This document shows, one piece after another, positions 1 through 13,520 of a stretch of 64,000 bases of DNA. A program made the position numbers and the translations under genes. Every line of letters begins with the position of its first letter. Position 1 is the stretch's first letter. Source of the DNA: Octopus vulgaris (taxonomy: Eukaryota); NCBI GenBank assembly GCA_951406725.2, contig OX597830.1, positions 70,742,001 through 70,806,000 on the forward strand, written 5' to 3'. The notes beneath the pieces were generated by a model. The model was given only the letters and a program-made list of their open reading frames with translations, did no database searches and had not been told where the DNA came from.

Positions 1-4
1 ATAG

Positions 5-37
<33 letters not shown>

Positions 38-44
38 TGTATGG

Positions 45-92
<48 letters not shown>

Positions 93-420
93 GTGTGTGT
101 GTGTTTAAGAAGGGCTGAAAGATGGACTACGCAATTTGATTTTGAAGCAATCTATACTGTTTGATTGTAATCTTACGGTCGAAATTCTTTTGGTGTCAAA
201 AATTCAGGTTTAGCATCGTTAAAACCAATGTGGAGGCCTAGCGAAGTAGCGAAGAGTAATATATATGTATGTATATGTGTGTGTGTGTGTATGTGTGTGT
301 ATGTATGTGTGTGTGTGTGTGTTCTTCAACGTCGCTTGAATACCGTTGATGGTTTGTTTAATTCCCCGTAAACTAGCGGTTCGGTATAAGAGTCCAATAG
401 ATTAAATACCAAGCTCAAGG

Positions 421-855
421 CCATTCCTCTGTACTTGCTATATAGACAGCTATCTGTCTGTCACTTTTTCTATTAAGATCACTCAGCAACCATCTGTACT
501 AGCTCGTGTGAATCAACCATCAAAATATATAGACCATCCCTCTGTACTTGCTATATAGACAACTATATGTCGTAGTTATATAGACCATTCCTCTCTACAT
601 GATAAGTAGTCCACCTCTGTACACGTTATATTGACCAACTATCTATAATTACTTGCCATATACACTAAACCCCTGTGCTTATATAAACCAGCGATCTGTA
701 CTTGCTATATAGACCAAACAACTCTTTTTACTATATAGACTAAATATTGTATAGACCAGCAATATATACACCAGTAATCTGTACTTGCTATATACGCCAA
801 TTCTTGGGATTTGTTATACAGACCAATCGCCTGTACTTGCTATTACAGACCAATT
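421..855. repeat. Degenerate ~25-27 bp minisatellite
   Basis: Recurrent unit resembling AGACCANCNNTCTGTACTTGCTATAT, about 15 decayed copies. Confidence 0.7.
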
Positions 856-1073
856 AGAAAGCGGCGAGTTAGCAGAATCGTTACCCCACCGAGTAAAATG
901 CTTCGTGGAATAACTTCTGGCTTTATGTTCTGAGTTCAAATGGTACCGCGGTTTAAATTTACCAGTCATTCTTTCGGGGTCGATAAAATAAAGTACAAGT
1001 CAAGCACTGGGTTCGATGATATCGCCTCACTCCTTCCCCAAAATTGCTCGCCTTGTACCAAAATTTCAAACCC
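856..1073 (+). mobile_element. tRNA-derived SINE, family D, with 14-bp TSD
   Basis: Head GCGGCGAGTTAGCAGAATCG...GAGTTCAAAT and body CTTTCGGGGTCGATAAAATAAAGTAC; ATTACAGACCAATT at 842-855 and 1074-1087. Confidence 0.85.
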
Positions 1074-2142
1074 ATTACAGACCAATTGATTAAGTATACC
1101 AATTGTACAGGGATCCACTTTGTTTTTCTTCATCTTCCAAACTACTCAATGGAATTTAAGTTGTTGTTGCTGTTATTCAGCCCCCGGCAGCTCTGATCGA
1201 GCAGGCACATAACCAAATGTGTTCCACCTTGACTATCATACCTTTTCTTTTTCCAGGCATCTTGCATGTAAATCTATAATTATTCAATATATTCTGAGAT
1301 AACATCCATATTTTACTGTATTTTTCTGAAGACTGTTGGATTTGACTGCAAGGATGCTTGGCTGCTATTTTTAACAGGTTAAACGAATTTGAAGAAGCCT
1401 TTTAGTTGTTTCGGAAGTTCGAAACAAATATTTGTGGTTGGTTTGATTTATTCATCAATAGATTTTCTATAAGAGGAAAAAAAACCCAGGGATATTGTTT
1501 TAACTGAAATCAATTGTTAACATACAAATAGTATTGTTTTGGAGATAGTCCCTTTCTGAAGTTCCTGTGGATCTGTAGGCAATCTTCTATAGTTCATATT
1601 AAGCTGGTTTATTAACAAGGAAAATATTGTTTTGTTTTTCTCCATCCACTTTTTCTTAGACTATATACTATATCCATTTTATCATGGATATTTTTGTCGA
1701 TAGCAGTAGCCAGTTTCATCTCATAAAATATTTTGAAATCTCCCGTTTCCTGATATTTCGATTCAGTGTGTACAGCTCCACATATATTTTTGTAAAGTAG
1801 AAGTGGAACAAAGAAAAAAAAAAGGAACAAGAATTCTATATCTTACTTGTTTCAGTCATTCTACTGCGGCCAAGGAGGGGTACCGCTGTATAAAATACAT
1901 TGCGATATATTGTCCATCTTTATGCTTTTGGTTCAAATCCAGTCGAGATTGGCTTTGTTTTTCATCCCTTCGGATGAGACCTATTTCTCAAAGATGCACT
2001 TTGTTTTACTTTGTCTTCCAACTACTCAGTGGAACTTAAGTTGTTGTTGTCGTTCTAAGTTCAAATTCCACCAAAACTGATTTTGCCTTTCATCCTTTCG
2101 GGTTCGATTAATTAAGTACCAGTCAAGCGCTGGGGGTCAATA

Positions 2143-2465
2143 TAATCGACCCCAGGACTTAGTCTTTGTAAGCCTAGTACTTATTCTATCGGTCTCTTTT
2201 GCCGAACCGCTAAGTTACGGGGACGTAAACACACCAGCATCGGTTGTCAAGCGAAGTTGGGGGGAAAAACAAAGACACACAAACACACACACACATATAT
2301 ACATATATATATACGACGGGCTTCTTTCAGTTTCTGCCTGCCAAATCCACTCAGAAGGCTTTGGTCGGCCCGAAAATGTAGTAGAAGACATTTGCCCAAG
2401 GTGCCACGCAGTGGGACTGAACCCGGAACCATGTGGTTGGTAAGCAAGCTACATACCGCACAGCC
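2143..2465 (-). mobile_element. tRNA-derived SINE, family A (CORE-like), partial
   Basis: Matches copies at 15693, 19475, 22424 and 59222; B-box GGTTCAGTCCC followed by CCTTGGGCAA. Confidence 0.85.
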
Positions 2466-2963
2466 TTCTTCCAACTGTTAAACATGGAGGAGGGTCTGTG
2501 ATGATCTGGGGGGCTATATCTTGGAAATCCGTCGGCCCAATGGCTTCCCTTCATGGCAGAATTAATAATCAAGACTATTTAAGCATTTATGTGATGAAAT
2601 TTATCCTTGCACCAATTCACGTAGCTAAAGATGTTACTGAATGGCAATGGAGAACATTCTAGTGAAGTTGAGCATCTTATCTGGCCATCATAGTCCCCAG
2701 ATCTCAATATTATTGAAAATTTATGGTGCATTTTAGAAAAACAAGTAAGGATTCGATATCCCCCACTATCATCATTACAAGAACTGGAGACTATTTTAGC
2801 TGAGGAATGGACACAAATTCCTTTGGAAACAATTCAAACTTTGTACGAGTTCATATCTCGTAGAATTCAAGCTGTAAATTACTACCAAAGGCGATGCTAT
2901 CCTATATTAAGATAATTTTTTTTTGAAATTTTAAGGTGTTTCCATTATTTTGTCCAACCCCTG
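2466..2963 (+). mobile_element. Tc1-type DD34E transposon, 3' remnant
   Basis: Translates PTVKHGGGSVMIWGAISW ... WPS*SPDLNIIENLW; ends in TIR-like TTTTGTCCAACCCCTG followed by TA. Confidence 0.85.
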
Positions 2964-2996
<33 letters not shown>

Positions 2997-3053
2997 TGTA
3001 AAAAAGAAGTTTGAAAACGCCACTATATTAGATAAATTTTAATTTTCTTATGA

Positions 3054-3098
3054 ATTTTACATGTTTCGGTTCTTGAAAAAACGAACCTTATCAAAAAT
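3054..3098 (-). ncRNA. Minimal type I hammerhead ribozyme motif (U3:A8 core)
   Basis: attt-TTGATAA-ggttc[10]gaacc-GAAA-catg-TA-aaat, inside TA-flanked island 2997-3257. Confidence 0.65.
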
Positions 3099-3256
3099 AT
3101 TATAGAAAGAAAAGTGCGATAGAAAAGTTCATAATTGTTTCTTACTGGTCTCAATAGAATCCATGTGGTGGCGTTTTGTCGGTAGTTGGTATAATCGCTA
3201 TATTATAGTTGAGTGTAGTAAAGAAGTTCATTATTGTTTCTTGCTGGTATCCCAGC

Positions 3257-3319
<63 letters not shown>

Positions 3320-3341
3320 TGTATGTATGTATGTATGTATA

Positions 3342-4250
3342 TTCTTTTGCTTGTTTCAGTCATTTGACTGCGGCCATGCTGGAGCATTTAGAAAAAGGAA
3401 TAAAAATGGCTTTTTTTAATATTTCCGCACTTTAATAATTAGATGTTTAGAAGTTGTAAATATCTAATTATTAAAGTGGAAAAACTATCAGAAAAGCAAT
3501 TTCTATTCATTTTTCCAAATATATAACACTGTACCAACGACTTTCTATTTCTTATTCTACTATATCTATATATATATATATTCTACATAGAATATATATT
3601 CTTTTATTTGTTTCAGCGCCGCTTTTAGTCGAACAGATCGATCCCATTACTTATTCTTTATAAGCCTAGTACTTATTCCATCGGTGTCTTTTGCCGAACC
3701 GATAAGTTACATGGACGTAAACATACCAACATCAGTTATCAAGCGATGATGGGAGGACAAGCACAGACACACAAACATATACATACTATATATATATATA
3801 TATATATATAGGTGAGAAAGTTGACTCAAATATATACTTTTTAACCTTTTAAAACAAGCCTTCTGTAGTTTTTTCACTTTTTACTATTTTCTCTCTCTCT
3901 ATATATATATATGTAAGTACATTAAAAGGCTTCTAAAGGAAGAAGTGAGTACTAGATACACAAAAGTTGGATAAATTCAGTGAAATGAAAATTAAAAACG
4001 TTTACAAACTCGGTTCATCTTATACTGCAGTTTAATGGTGAAAAAGACGAAACTGCAGTATAAGATGAACCGAGTTTGTAAACGTTTTTATTTTTCATTT
4101 CACTGAATTTATCCAACTTTTGTGTATCTAGTACTCACTTCTTCCTTTAGAAGCCTTTTAATGTACTTACATATGAATAACATACAGCCTATGGCTAAAA
4201 TGTCTTTTGTGCTAGATCACCGGCGATAATAATTTATTTTATCGCATTTT

Positions 4251-4303
<53 letters not shown>

Positions 4304-4467
4304 CGACAGGCTTCTTTCAGTTTCCGTCCATCAAATCCACTCACAAGGCTTTGGTCGCCTCGAGGCTATAGGAGAAGACACTTGCGTGAGGTGCCATGCA
4401 GTGACTCTGAAACCAGAATCATGTGGATGATAAGCAAGCTACTTAGCACACAGCCACGCCTGCGCCT
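3342..4467 (-). mobile_element. Family A SINE pieces split by TA-flanked islands
   Basis: SINE segments at 3342-3386, about 3598-3785 and about 4283-4467. Confidence 0.7.
3913..4170. repeat. Fold-back palindrome, 121-bp arms, 16-nt spacer
   Basis: 3913-4033 is the reverse complement of 4050-4170 with 1 mismatch; GAAA-CTGCAG-TA at the turn. Confidence 0.95.
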
Positions 4468-4492
4468 ATATATAAATGTATATATAGTCTAC

Positions 4493-4527
<35 letters not shown>

Positions 4528-5506
4528 GTATATATGTGTGTGTGTGTGAGTATGTATGTGTATTTATGCGCGTACACACACACATACACATATGTATATA
4601 CCAGTAGAATATATTGGAGGTGAACTATTCGTGTAATTATCTTAGCTTGACCTTACCAAAAGAAAAGGGGCTCTTACCAGAGTCGAGCTTTGCAAAACGG
4701 GATCCTTTCTAAACCTATGTGTGTGTGTGTATGTGTGTGTGTGTGAGAGCGCGTGTGCGTTTGTTTGTAAAAGGAGGAAAATGACCGATCATAAAAAGAT
4801 TGTAGTTTCCGTCCAGTAACGGTCATTTTATTATTATTGATGACAATTGTTAATGTTGGGGGTCTTGCTCCTGGTGTCCTGTTGGATCTAACAACAGATA
4901 ATCTCGAAGAAAAGGGGAAGTAAGGGTTGTAGGATGGGGGGGGGTGTCCAGTTAGAAAATGGGAGGAATAGGATGGATGGGAAGAGAACGAGATTAGGGG
5001 AGGAAGGAGCAGATACGATGAGAAATAGCAAGGATGAAGATGAAGGAAGACAGAAGAGGGTGAGGAAAGAGATTGGGAGATAGAAGGAGAGCGTTGGATA
5101 AAGGGACGGAGCTGGGGATAGAGGAAGGGGAGTAGGAGGAGGTGATAGAGTGAGAGAGAAAGAGAGGGAGTGACAGGGAGAGGAGAGACGGAGGCGGGAA
5201 TTATGGCGTGTTTATTCATTAAGGTCATTGTAATGTTATCATTGTAATGTTATCACCATCTCTAGAGGGTGAGGGAAAGACACAAGATAAACAAAGTAAT
5301 GGACTTCTAACCAGGGTGTTGTTGATGTTGTTGTTGTTTTTGTCCGTGGTGGTCACTGGTCACTTACACAACGACCGTTTGATTAAAGTGACGATAATAA
5401 ATACGTCCCTTTTTTTATCCTTTTTTTTACACTTTTCTTCACTGTCTGTCTTTAGTTTCTTTTTTTCCTTCGAATCTATCTCTCCCTCCATATATATACA
5501 TATGGA

Positions 5507-5563
<57 letters not shown>

Positions 5564-5570
5564 ATATGTA

Positions 5571-5610
<40 letters not shown>

Positions 5611-5877
5611 CATAGATACATTGATAGATTGATTGATTGAGTGGAATACATGAATACATACACGCTTATATAGACATACATAATACATACATATATACAT
5701 GCATACACACTCACACACATGACTATATATATATTTCAGGTCTTGTCCTAACATGGCTACAACCCAATGACTAACAAGCGAATACATATATGTATGTGTG
5801 TGTGTGCGTGCGCGCGTGCATACGTGTGTGTGTGTGGGTGAGCAACTATACACACACACATATATCCTTTTATTGCC

Positions 5878-5936
<59 letters not shown>

Positions 5937-6465
5937 ATTCCTTCTTTCTATTGGTCAGTCATTCTGACTTAATAATCGCCAATCTTCTGTTCCTTCCAAT
6001 TTGTTGTTGGTATCTTATCTTTCATCGATGATTTTTTTCTTTTCTTTTATTCCCAATTTATGTCTTATTATTGTTAACGTTATTGCTAATGTCATCGTTT
6101 TCGTCATTGCCATTATGGTAGTTATTACTGTTATCGTCTGTCACTCAATTATCTGCTATAATTATCACCCACCATCAACCGGCCAGCTAGCCATCTATTA
6201 TAATCTGTGCATTTATCACGGTTATAATAATGTCTGATATATATATATATATATTAACGTTTGATAACCCATCACTTGTTCTAGTATTTTAACAGAACAT
6301 TGAGGTACGAAACACAAAATTAAGGTCATACTGCACACACCAATATGTAGTGGTAAGAGTGTTTAGAATGCAGTATCACAGTGTATTTTTACAGCACGCT
6401 TTTCATTGCCCAGAATGTTTCTGAACGGCCATAGGCTTTAAATATATAATAAATAACAGTAATGA

Positions 6466-6716
6466 GCCCCTTTTAAAGCCTAGCCAGGCTCATGGGTCCG
6501 ATTTCCCGGATTCTATGGCGTATGTGTTCCCCAGCTGGACGGGACGCCAGTCCATCGCATCGCAGCGTTACTCATTTTTGCCAGCTGAGTGGACTGGAGC
6601 AACGTGAAATGACGTGTTTTACTCAAGAACACAATGCGTCGCCCGGTTCAGGAATCGAAACCACAATCCTACAGTCATGGTGCTGACACCCTAACCACTA
6701 AGCCACGCGCCTCCAC
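6466..6716 (-). mobile_element. tRNA-derived SINE, family C
   Basis: Head GTGGAGGCGCGTGGCTTAGTGGTTAGGG; homologous to 36637-36884. Confidence 0.85.
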
Positions 6717-7160
6717 AGGGTTTAAATATATTTTATTTTAAAATAATCAGTTTTGATCGACCGGGACACACATTGTGCAGCATAACTTCTATCTGGACAA
6801 AGCGTCGTGGATCATAAATCCATTGCTTCGCTTATACCGTGTCTCTGCCGAGCTCAAAAACCATACTACACGTCTTGAAGTGCAATATTGGATTATTTAG
6901 AGTACAATATACGAATATGTCCCTATCTTCGCTGCACTCTCTTCCATATCCAATCTATTTCTGTACGACTGTAGAGTCTCGAGCCACGAGAGGGCGTGAT
7001 GGTCTCGGTCAGAACGAGGCAGTTTCTTTTAATCTGTATAATTAGACAGTGGTGACGTTGATAGTGGTGGTAAGGTAAGGATAAGGTGTAATTATTATCT
7101 TAATAACTTTCCACATTGACACAAGTATTAATAACAGCAACATTTTGAACAACAGTAACA

Positions 7161-7545
7161 GTGGAGGCGCAATGGCCCAGTGGTTAGGGCAGCGGACTTG
7201 CGGTCAGAGGATCGCGGTTTCGATTCCCAGACCGGGCGTTGAATATGTTTATTGACCGAAAACACCTAAAGCTCCACGAGACTCCGGCAAGGGGTAGTGG
7301 CGACCACTGTTGTACTCTTTTGCTCCAGCTTTTTCTCACTCTTTCTTCCTGTTTCTTGTCCCCGACTTCCTACGCAACCGCTGAGCCTGGATGCGCATTC
7401 ATCCATCCGTCGATGCGCTCGGTGTCGGGCGCTGACCTGCTTTCTCTTCTGCGGGTCTTACGAATAGCAAAAGGCCCACGTTTCGGACTTCTCCCATCTT
7501 GCGAGCTCTGGGACGAAGACCGCTACGCTCAACAGCAACAACAGT
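7161..7545 (+). mobile_element. tRNA-derived SINE, family B, tail type 1
   Basis: A-box TGGCCCAGTGG, B-box-like GTTTCGATTCC; (CAA/CAG)n tail. Confidence 0.85.
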
Positions 7546-8148
7546 AGAAACAATAAAGACAACAGCTATATCAGAAACAATAACATTAACATCAACAATA
7601 GCTGCTGCACCATCACCAGCAACAACAACAGGCACACACACACACACACACACACACGTTATCTATTATATCATATCCATAAATATATAAGGTACAACAT
7701 ATATATATATATATGTGTGTGTTTGTATACATGATATATCCACATGCGACAAAATTGCAATATAAAACAATAACAATGACATAATCTATAATATAAATTG
7801 GACATGGGCGATCGTTGTATTCTTTCTTGTCTTGGGGTTCACAGCCAAACGGCTGGGTGGATTTGTGTGAAAAATGGCACACATGTGGGGATGGGTGCAT
7901 ACATTGGAATGCTGTTTCTATTTAATCGAGAAAATCGATTAAAACTTTTTCTAATGGAATTCTCCTCTTCCTTCCGCCTTTAAAGTAACCAGTTGCATAA
8001 AAACTGTTTTCTGACAGGGAGGGGTCAGGAAATTTTCATACAGCTGGAGGCTCCAATCGAAACAGGGGACCCGAAATGATAAGGTTGACAAACGCTGTTA
8101 TAGATTATGCCTCACCGAAAACGATCACAGCCGCATCATCCAAACAGA

Positions 8149-8290
8149 CCGGGTGAAACCAGGCTTAGCTGCTAGTCTATTATATAAAATCCCTTCTGTC
8201 TGTCTGTCTGTGTCTTCTAGGAACTCGGGCAGCTTCCATCAGATTGCGCTCAAATTTGATATGTAGATACCGACGGTATCTACAAAAAAT
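8149..8290 (+). mobile_element. Helitron-like 3' end abutting a Helitron-like 5' start
   Basis: Imperfect hairpin CCGGGTGAAACCAGG, then GCTAG (CTAG 8172-8175), then TCTATTATATAAAATC...(CTGT)n. Confidence 0.55.
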
Positions 8291-8579
8291 TACAAATATC
8301 GATTCCAGGTGAGAATGCGATCGATAAAGCCGTGGAAACGTGCATTTGTACGCGCAAGTACATCACCTGTTGCGATCGATACTACACGTAAACGAGAAAA
8401 TGCACGTGCAGTTTGCGCAAAAAAATGCCGCTTGGTTTGAAAGAATGCCACAAAATGCAGTATATTTAAGGGAGCAAAATAGTAAAATGTCACCCTGTAC
8501 ATAACTGCACCTTCCATTTGTTTTTGTTTTTGTACTGCTTATAGGCACGTTTCTTTCCTGCCAAGCTTACTGTTTAAAC

Positions 8580-8804
8580 CAGGGGTGGGCAAACTTTTTT
8601 GATCTCGGGCCGCACAGTGCGTCTTTGGAACCTTGGCGGGCCTCATTTATAAAAATCAAGTGAAAATATTTTTAAAGGCGGTTATAGACCTATAAACACA
8701 CAATTGATTGAAAGGAAATTTTGTGAAATATTCCTCTCGGCGGGCCGCATGAAAACCTATGGAGGGCCGCATGCGGCCCGCGGGCCGTAGTTTGCCCACC
8801 CCCG
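8580..8804. mobile_element. hAT (Charlie-like) MITE
   Basis: TIR CAGGGGTGGGCAAAC / GTTTGCCCACCCCCG; 8-bp TSD GTTTAAAC at 8572-8579 and 8805-8812. Confidence 0.9.
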
Positions 8805-9375
8805 GTTTAAACCATGTTTGTGTTCTCCCACTCAACAGCCTTATCATTACTGGTACTTTAAACATTTCGTTTGCATATTTGTATGAATAAAATCGTTTTT
8901 CTTTGGAACAGAAAAAAGTCTATCTTTATTTCTTCTTTTGCTGGTGTCTCAAATTTAGGTTAAATCAGTGTTTCTCAAAGGGGAGGCCTATGGGACGGTC
9001 GGTCAAGTTGTCTTGAGAAAATTTGGTTTAAATGTTTGACAACTCAGCACCGTCCATTGGATGGGGGGCGTTTTGCTCGTTTTACATATAATGCACGATG
9101 CTGGTAACAACGATGAGGACGATGACAACTAAGATGGTGATGATGATGATGAGGATGATGATGACGACGACGATGGTGGCGATGGTGGTAATGATGGTGG
9201 TGGTGATGGTGGCGGTAGAACGAGGATAACGACTAATTATTATCGTAATGATTTTCAACATGGACACAAAAACACAATATTAGCAACAGCAACATTCACC
9301 AACAACAATAACAGAAACACACACACATACACACACACACACACGCATACACATACACACACGCTTATATGTATA

Positions 9376-9472
<97 letters not shown>

Positions 9473-10395
9473 AATTTTTCAGGGTCAGTCATTTGGAGCT
9501 GTCAAAATAGTTTATTGCTGAAAACCTTAACGAGGGACCGAAGTGTAGGTGGTGGTGTTGGTGGAGACGGCAGCGGTTGTGGTGGTTTGTTGATATGTTT
9601 ATTAATCTAATGCCACACCCACATTCCCCCCCCCTGCTATTGTTGTTTCCGTCTTGTCTTTTATTCTGCTCATTAAAGGGACTAACTGCATAAATTAATG
9701 ATAATTTCCGTCATTAGCACGGAGCCACATACACACACGAGCACATACATACGTGCATGCTTACATACATGCATGCATAGATACATACATATATATATAG
9801 ATGCATGCATACATACATGCATACATACATACATGCATACAAGCATACATGCATACATACATACATCCTACATACATGCATGCATACATACATACATATA
9901 TACATACATGCATACATACATACATGCATACATACATACATGCATGCATCCAGACATGCGTGCATACATACATATATACATACATGTATGCATACATTCA
10001 TACATAATACATATATACATATGTATATACAAGCAGGCGTAATACATACATGCATACAAACAAGCAGACACACACACACACACACATGCACACACACATA
10101 ACCCACTCACGTGCGTACACACACATAACACAAAGACACACACGCGCGCTCACGCATACACACATCGCGCGCGCACACATGCACAAACACAAATATGTAT
10201 GTTACAAATGAAAATGTCGACTCTGTATACCCGAAAGATCTAGACAATCTCAGCGAAATTCGGACACAAAAGAGAAAAAGGCGGAACAATATGCCATAAA
10301 GCATTTTTAACAGCTGTTACTGAGCTAACAGCTTACAAAAGCTAACGAGGCTAAAAATACCAGTCAAATCTCCCTCAATTCCAGCACCAACGTCT

Positions 10396-10681
10396 CCACG
10401 AGGCTCCAGCAGGGGATGGGTGGCGACCCCCTGTTGTACTCTTTCGCCCCAACTTTCTCTCACTCTTTCTTCCTGTTTCTTGTCCCCGACTTCCTACGCA
10501 ACCGCTGAGCCTGGATGCGCATTCATCCATCCGTCGATGCTCTCGGTGTCGGGGGTTGACCTGCTTTCTCTTCTGCGGGTCTTACGAATAGCAAAGGACC
10601 ACGTTTCGGACTTCTCCCACTACAGAGGCGCGATCTCGCAAGCTCTGGGACGAAGACCGCTTCGCTCAACAGCAACAGCAA
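10396..10681 (+). mobile_element. 5'-truncated family B SINE, tail type 1
   Basis: Homologous to 7272-7540; 14-bp TSD CAGCACCAACGTCT at 10382 and 10682. Confidence 0.9.
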
Positions 10682-11063
10682 CAGCACCAACGTCTTAGAG
10701 AAGGAAATATTTTATAAGGTGTTCTAGGGTTCCATGCACTAAAATAATTAGTCGTGATGGTCATAGCTGAACGGATTTTGGTCATTATTTAGTTTACTCC
10801 AGTGGTTCTCGACCGAAGTCTACATGACCTCATATAAGATTTTTGGGATCCACGCAACATTATAGTAAATTGGGGATCCACAATAGTATTTTAAGGGCCC
10901 CTAAAAAAATTTTGCTTTAGATTTATGTATTAATATGTAGAGCAAGAAACGGCTAAGTTCCTCTCTCTAACATTTTACATAGATCAACCAGCTAATGTCG
11001 ATGAACAAGTTAATATGTGATGAACATAATAGGAATGAAGTGTCTATAATATTGGTCTTTAAA

Positions 11064-11136
11064 CCGCCTTATAGCCAACTCACTGCTTTATAGCCAGTTC
11101 GCTGTCTTATAGCCTGCTGCCTTATAGCCAATTCAC
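11064..11136. repeat. Short ~19-bp tandem repeat, 4 units
   Basis: Unit CYGYYTTATAGCC(A). Confidence 0.7.
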
Positions 11137-11875
11137 CTCACTTGAGCGAAATACTAAGTTATGTCAATCACAATTGAGTAGATTTGCTGACGGTTGTAAA
11201 ATCGAATTGTTGCCAAAGTGGAAATGTTGCATTTGATATTTTCCTTCTTTTTTTTTTTTTTTTCAAAGTCGGCATTTCAAGCCGGTGGGATATGAACTCA
11301 GAACGTGAAGCACTAGAAGGAATGCATTTTGTCCGATGTGCTAACGGTTCTGCCGGTTCGGCGCGGTAAAGAATCTGCCAACTCACCAATAATCCAAAGC
11401 CTTTCTTTTTTTTATTTCCCGCGAATCTAAAGACTTGTATATGGATAAGATCCTCTTCAAGGCGTAGGTCTGGACTTGAGTATTTATTTTTTATCTAATA
11501 TTTTTCATTTTCCCTGTAAGGTCTATAGTTATCCATTTGTGCAAGACAACAGGAACCGATTTCCTTTTCTACTCTAGGCAAAAGGACCGGAAGAAATGCT
11601 GTTTAGTATTTAGTCGGACGGCTCTAACTATTCTGTCGGTACCTCGCGCTTAGTTGTCTTAAATTTTAGCACAAGGGCAATCGCTTTAGAGACGGGTCAA
11701 TCGATTACATCAACCTCAGTACTTGGCTGGTACTTAATGTTATCAACTCTGAAAGGATCAAAGGATTTGAACTCCTCAAGTGCTAAAAGAAGAAATACTG
11801 CGAAGCATTTTCTCTGGCGTGCTAGCGATCCTGCTTTAAACCATTCCCTTAATATTCATTAAGTAATAATTACTG

Positions 11876-12185
11876 GTGGAGGTACATGGCCTAGTGGTTA
11901 GAGCAGCGGACGCGCAGTCGAGGGATCGCTGGTTCAGATCTCAGACCAGGTGATGTATGTGTTTATGAGCGAAACATCTAAGCTCCACGCGGCTCCAGCA
12001 GAAGGTAATGGCGAACCTCTGCTGGCTCTTTCGTCACAACATTCCCTCACGCTTTCCTCCTGCATCTTGCTGCTCACCTGCGACGGACCGGCGTCCCGTC
12101 CAGGTGGGGAACCTATACGCCAAGGAAACTGGTGAAACCGGCCCTTATGAGCCAAGCTTGGCTCGAGAAGGACAGAAAACAACAA
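11876..12185 (+). mobile_element. Family B SINE, tail type 2 (shared with family C)
   Basis: Family B-like head; tail GGCGTCCCGTCCAGGTGGGGAAC; TSD TAATAATTACTG at 11864 and 12186. Confidence 0.85.
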
Positions 12186-12304
12186 TAATAATTACTGACT
12201 TAGACACAAGGCGAGGAATTACAGTGGGGAGGAAACCAGTCAATTTTATCGATCTGAGTACTTGACATATTTATTTTATAGACTTTTTTTTTGGGGGGGG
12301 GGAG

Positions 12305-12684
12305 GAAGCACTCCGTCGGTTACGACGACGAGGGTTCCGGTTGATCCGATCAACGGAACAGCCTGCTCGTGAAATTAACGTGTAAGTGGCTGAGCACTCC
12401 ACAGACACGTGTACCCCTAACGTAGTTTTCGGGGATATTCAGCGTGACACAGAGAGTGACAAGGCCGGCCCTTTGAAATACAGGTACAACAGAAACAGGA
12501 AGTAAGAGTGAGAGAAAGTTGTGGTGAAAGAGTACAGCAGGGATCACCACCATCCCTGCCGGAGCCTCGTAGAGCTTTAGGTGCTTTCGCTCAATAAACA
12601 CTCACAACGCCCGGTCTGGAAATCGAAACCGCGATCCTACGACCGCGAGTCCGCTGCCCTAACCACTGGGCCATTGCGTCTCCA
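12305..12684 (-). mobile_element. Family B SINE, tail type 3, nested in a family D SINE
   Basis: Near-identical to 54009-54390; ATTTTATAGAC repeated at 12273 and 12684. Confidence 0.9.
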
Positions 12685-13458
12685 TTTTATAGACATCGAA
12701 GGGGTGAAAAGCAAATTTCACATTAGCAGGATTTGGATTAGAACGTAATGAATCCGAAGTAAATACTCAGAAATAACTGCCTGAAGCTCTAACGTGTCTG
12801 CTAATCTACCGCCTAATTAATAATGGTTTCAAATTTTGGCACAAAGCCAGCAATTTCGGAGTGGGTTACGTCTACATCATCGAACCCAGTGCTTAACTGG
12901 TATTAATTTAATCGACATCGAAAGGATGAAAGGCAAAGACAATCTCAGCGGACTTTGGACTCAGAGCATGAAGACGGACGAAATGACACTAAGCATTTTG
13001 CCCGGTGTGTTAACGATTCTGCCAGTTAACCGCCTTAGTAGTTATAAATCTTTCGATTACAGGTACAAGGCCTGAAATATTTTAGAGAGGGGCAGTCGAT
13101 TATAACGGCTCCAGTGATCGACAGATTCTTATTTTATCGACCCCCGAAAGAACGAAAGGCAAAAACGACCTTGGTGGAATTAGAACTCAAAACACAAAGA
13201 CAGACGAAATGTTGCTAAGCATTTTGTTCGGCGTGCTAACGATTCTGCCAGATTGCAACTTTAATAATAATAATATTTTTTACTATAGGCACAAGGCCTG
13301 AAATTCTGGGGAGTGGGTTAGTCGATTACATTCTTCCCCAATGCTTGACTGGTACTTACTTGATAGACACCAAAAAAGGAAGGAAGGCAAATCGACGTCG
13401 GTGGAATTTGAACTGAGAACGTAGAAACGGACCGAATCGGCCCTGCCGCCTCGCCTCC

Positions 13459-13520
<62 letters not shown>

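Noticed and set aside
421-855. CRISPR-like repeat/spacer appearance
   Set aside because: Units are degenerate and contiguous, with no unique spacers, no cas genes and a eukaryotic context
7161-7240. tRNA gene
   Set aside because: The tRNA-like region is a SINE head continuing into body and tail; multi-copy, some copies with TSDs
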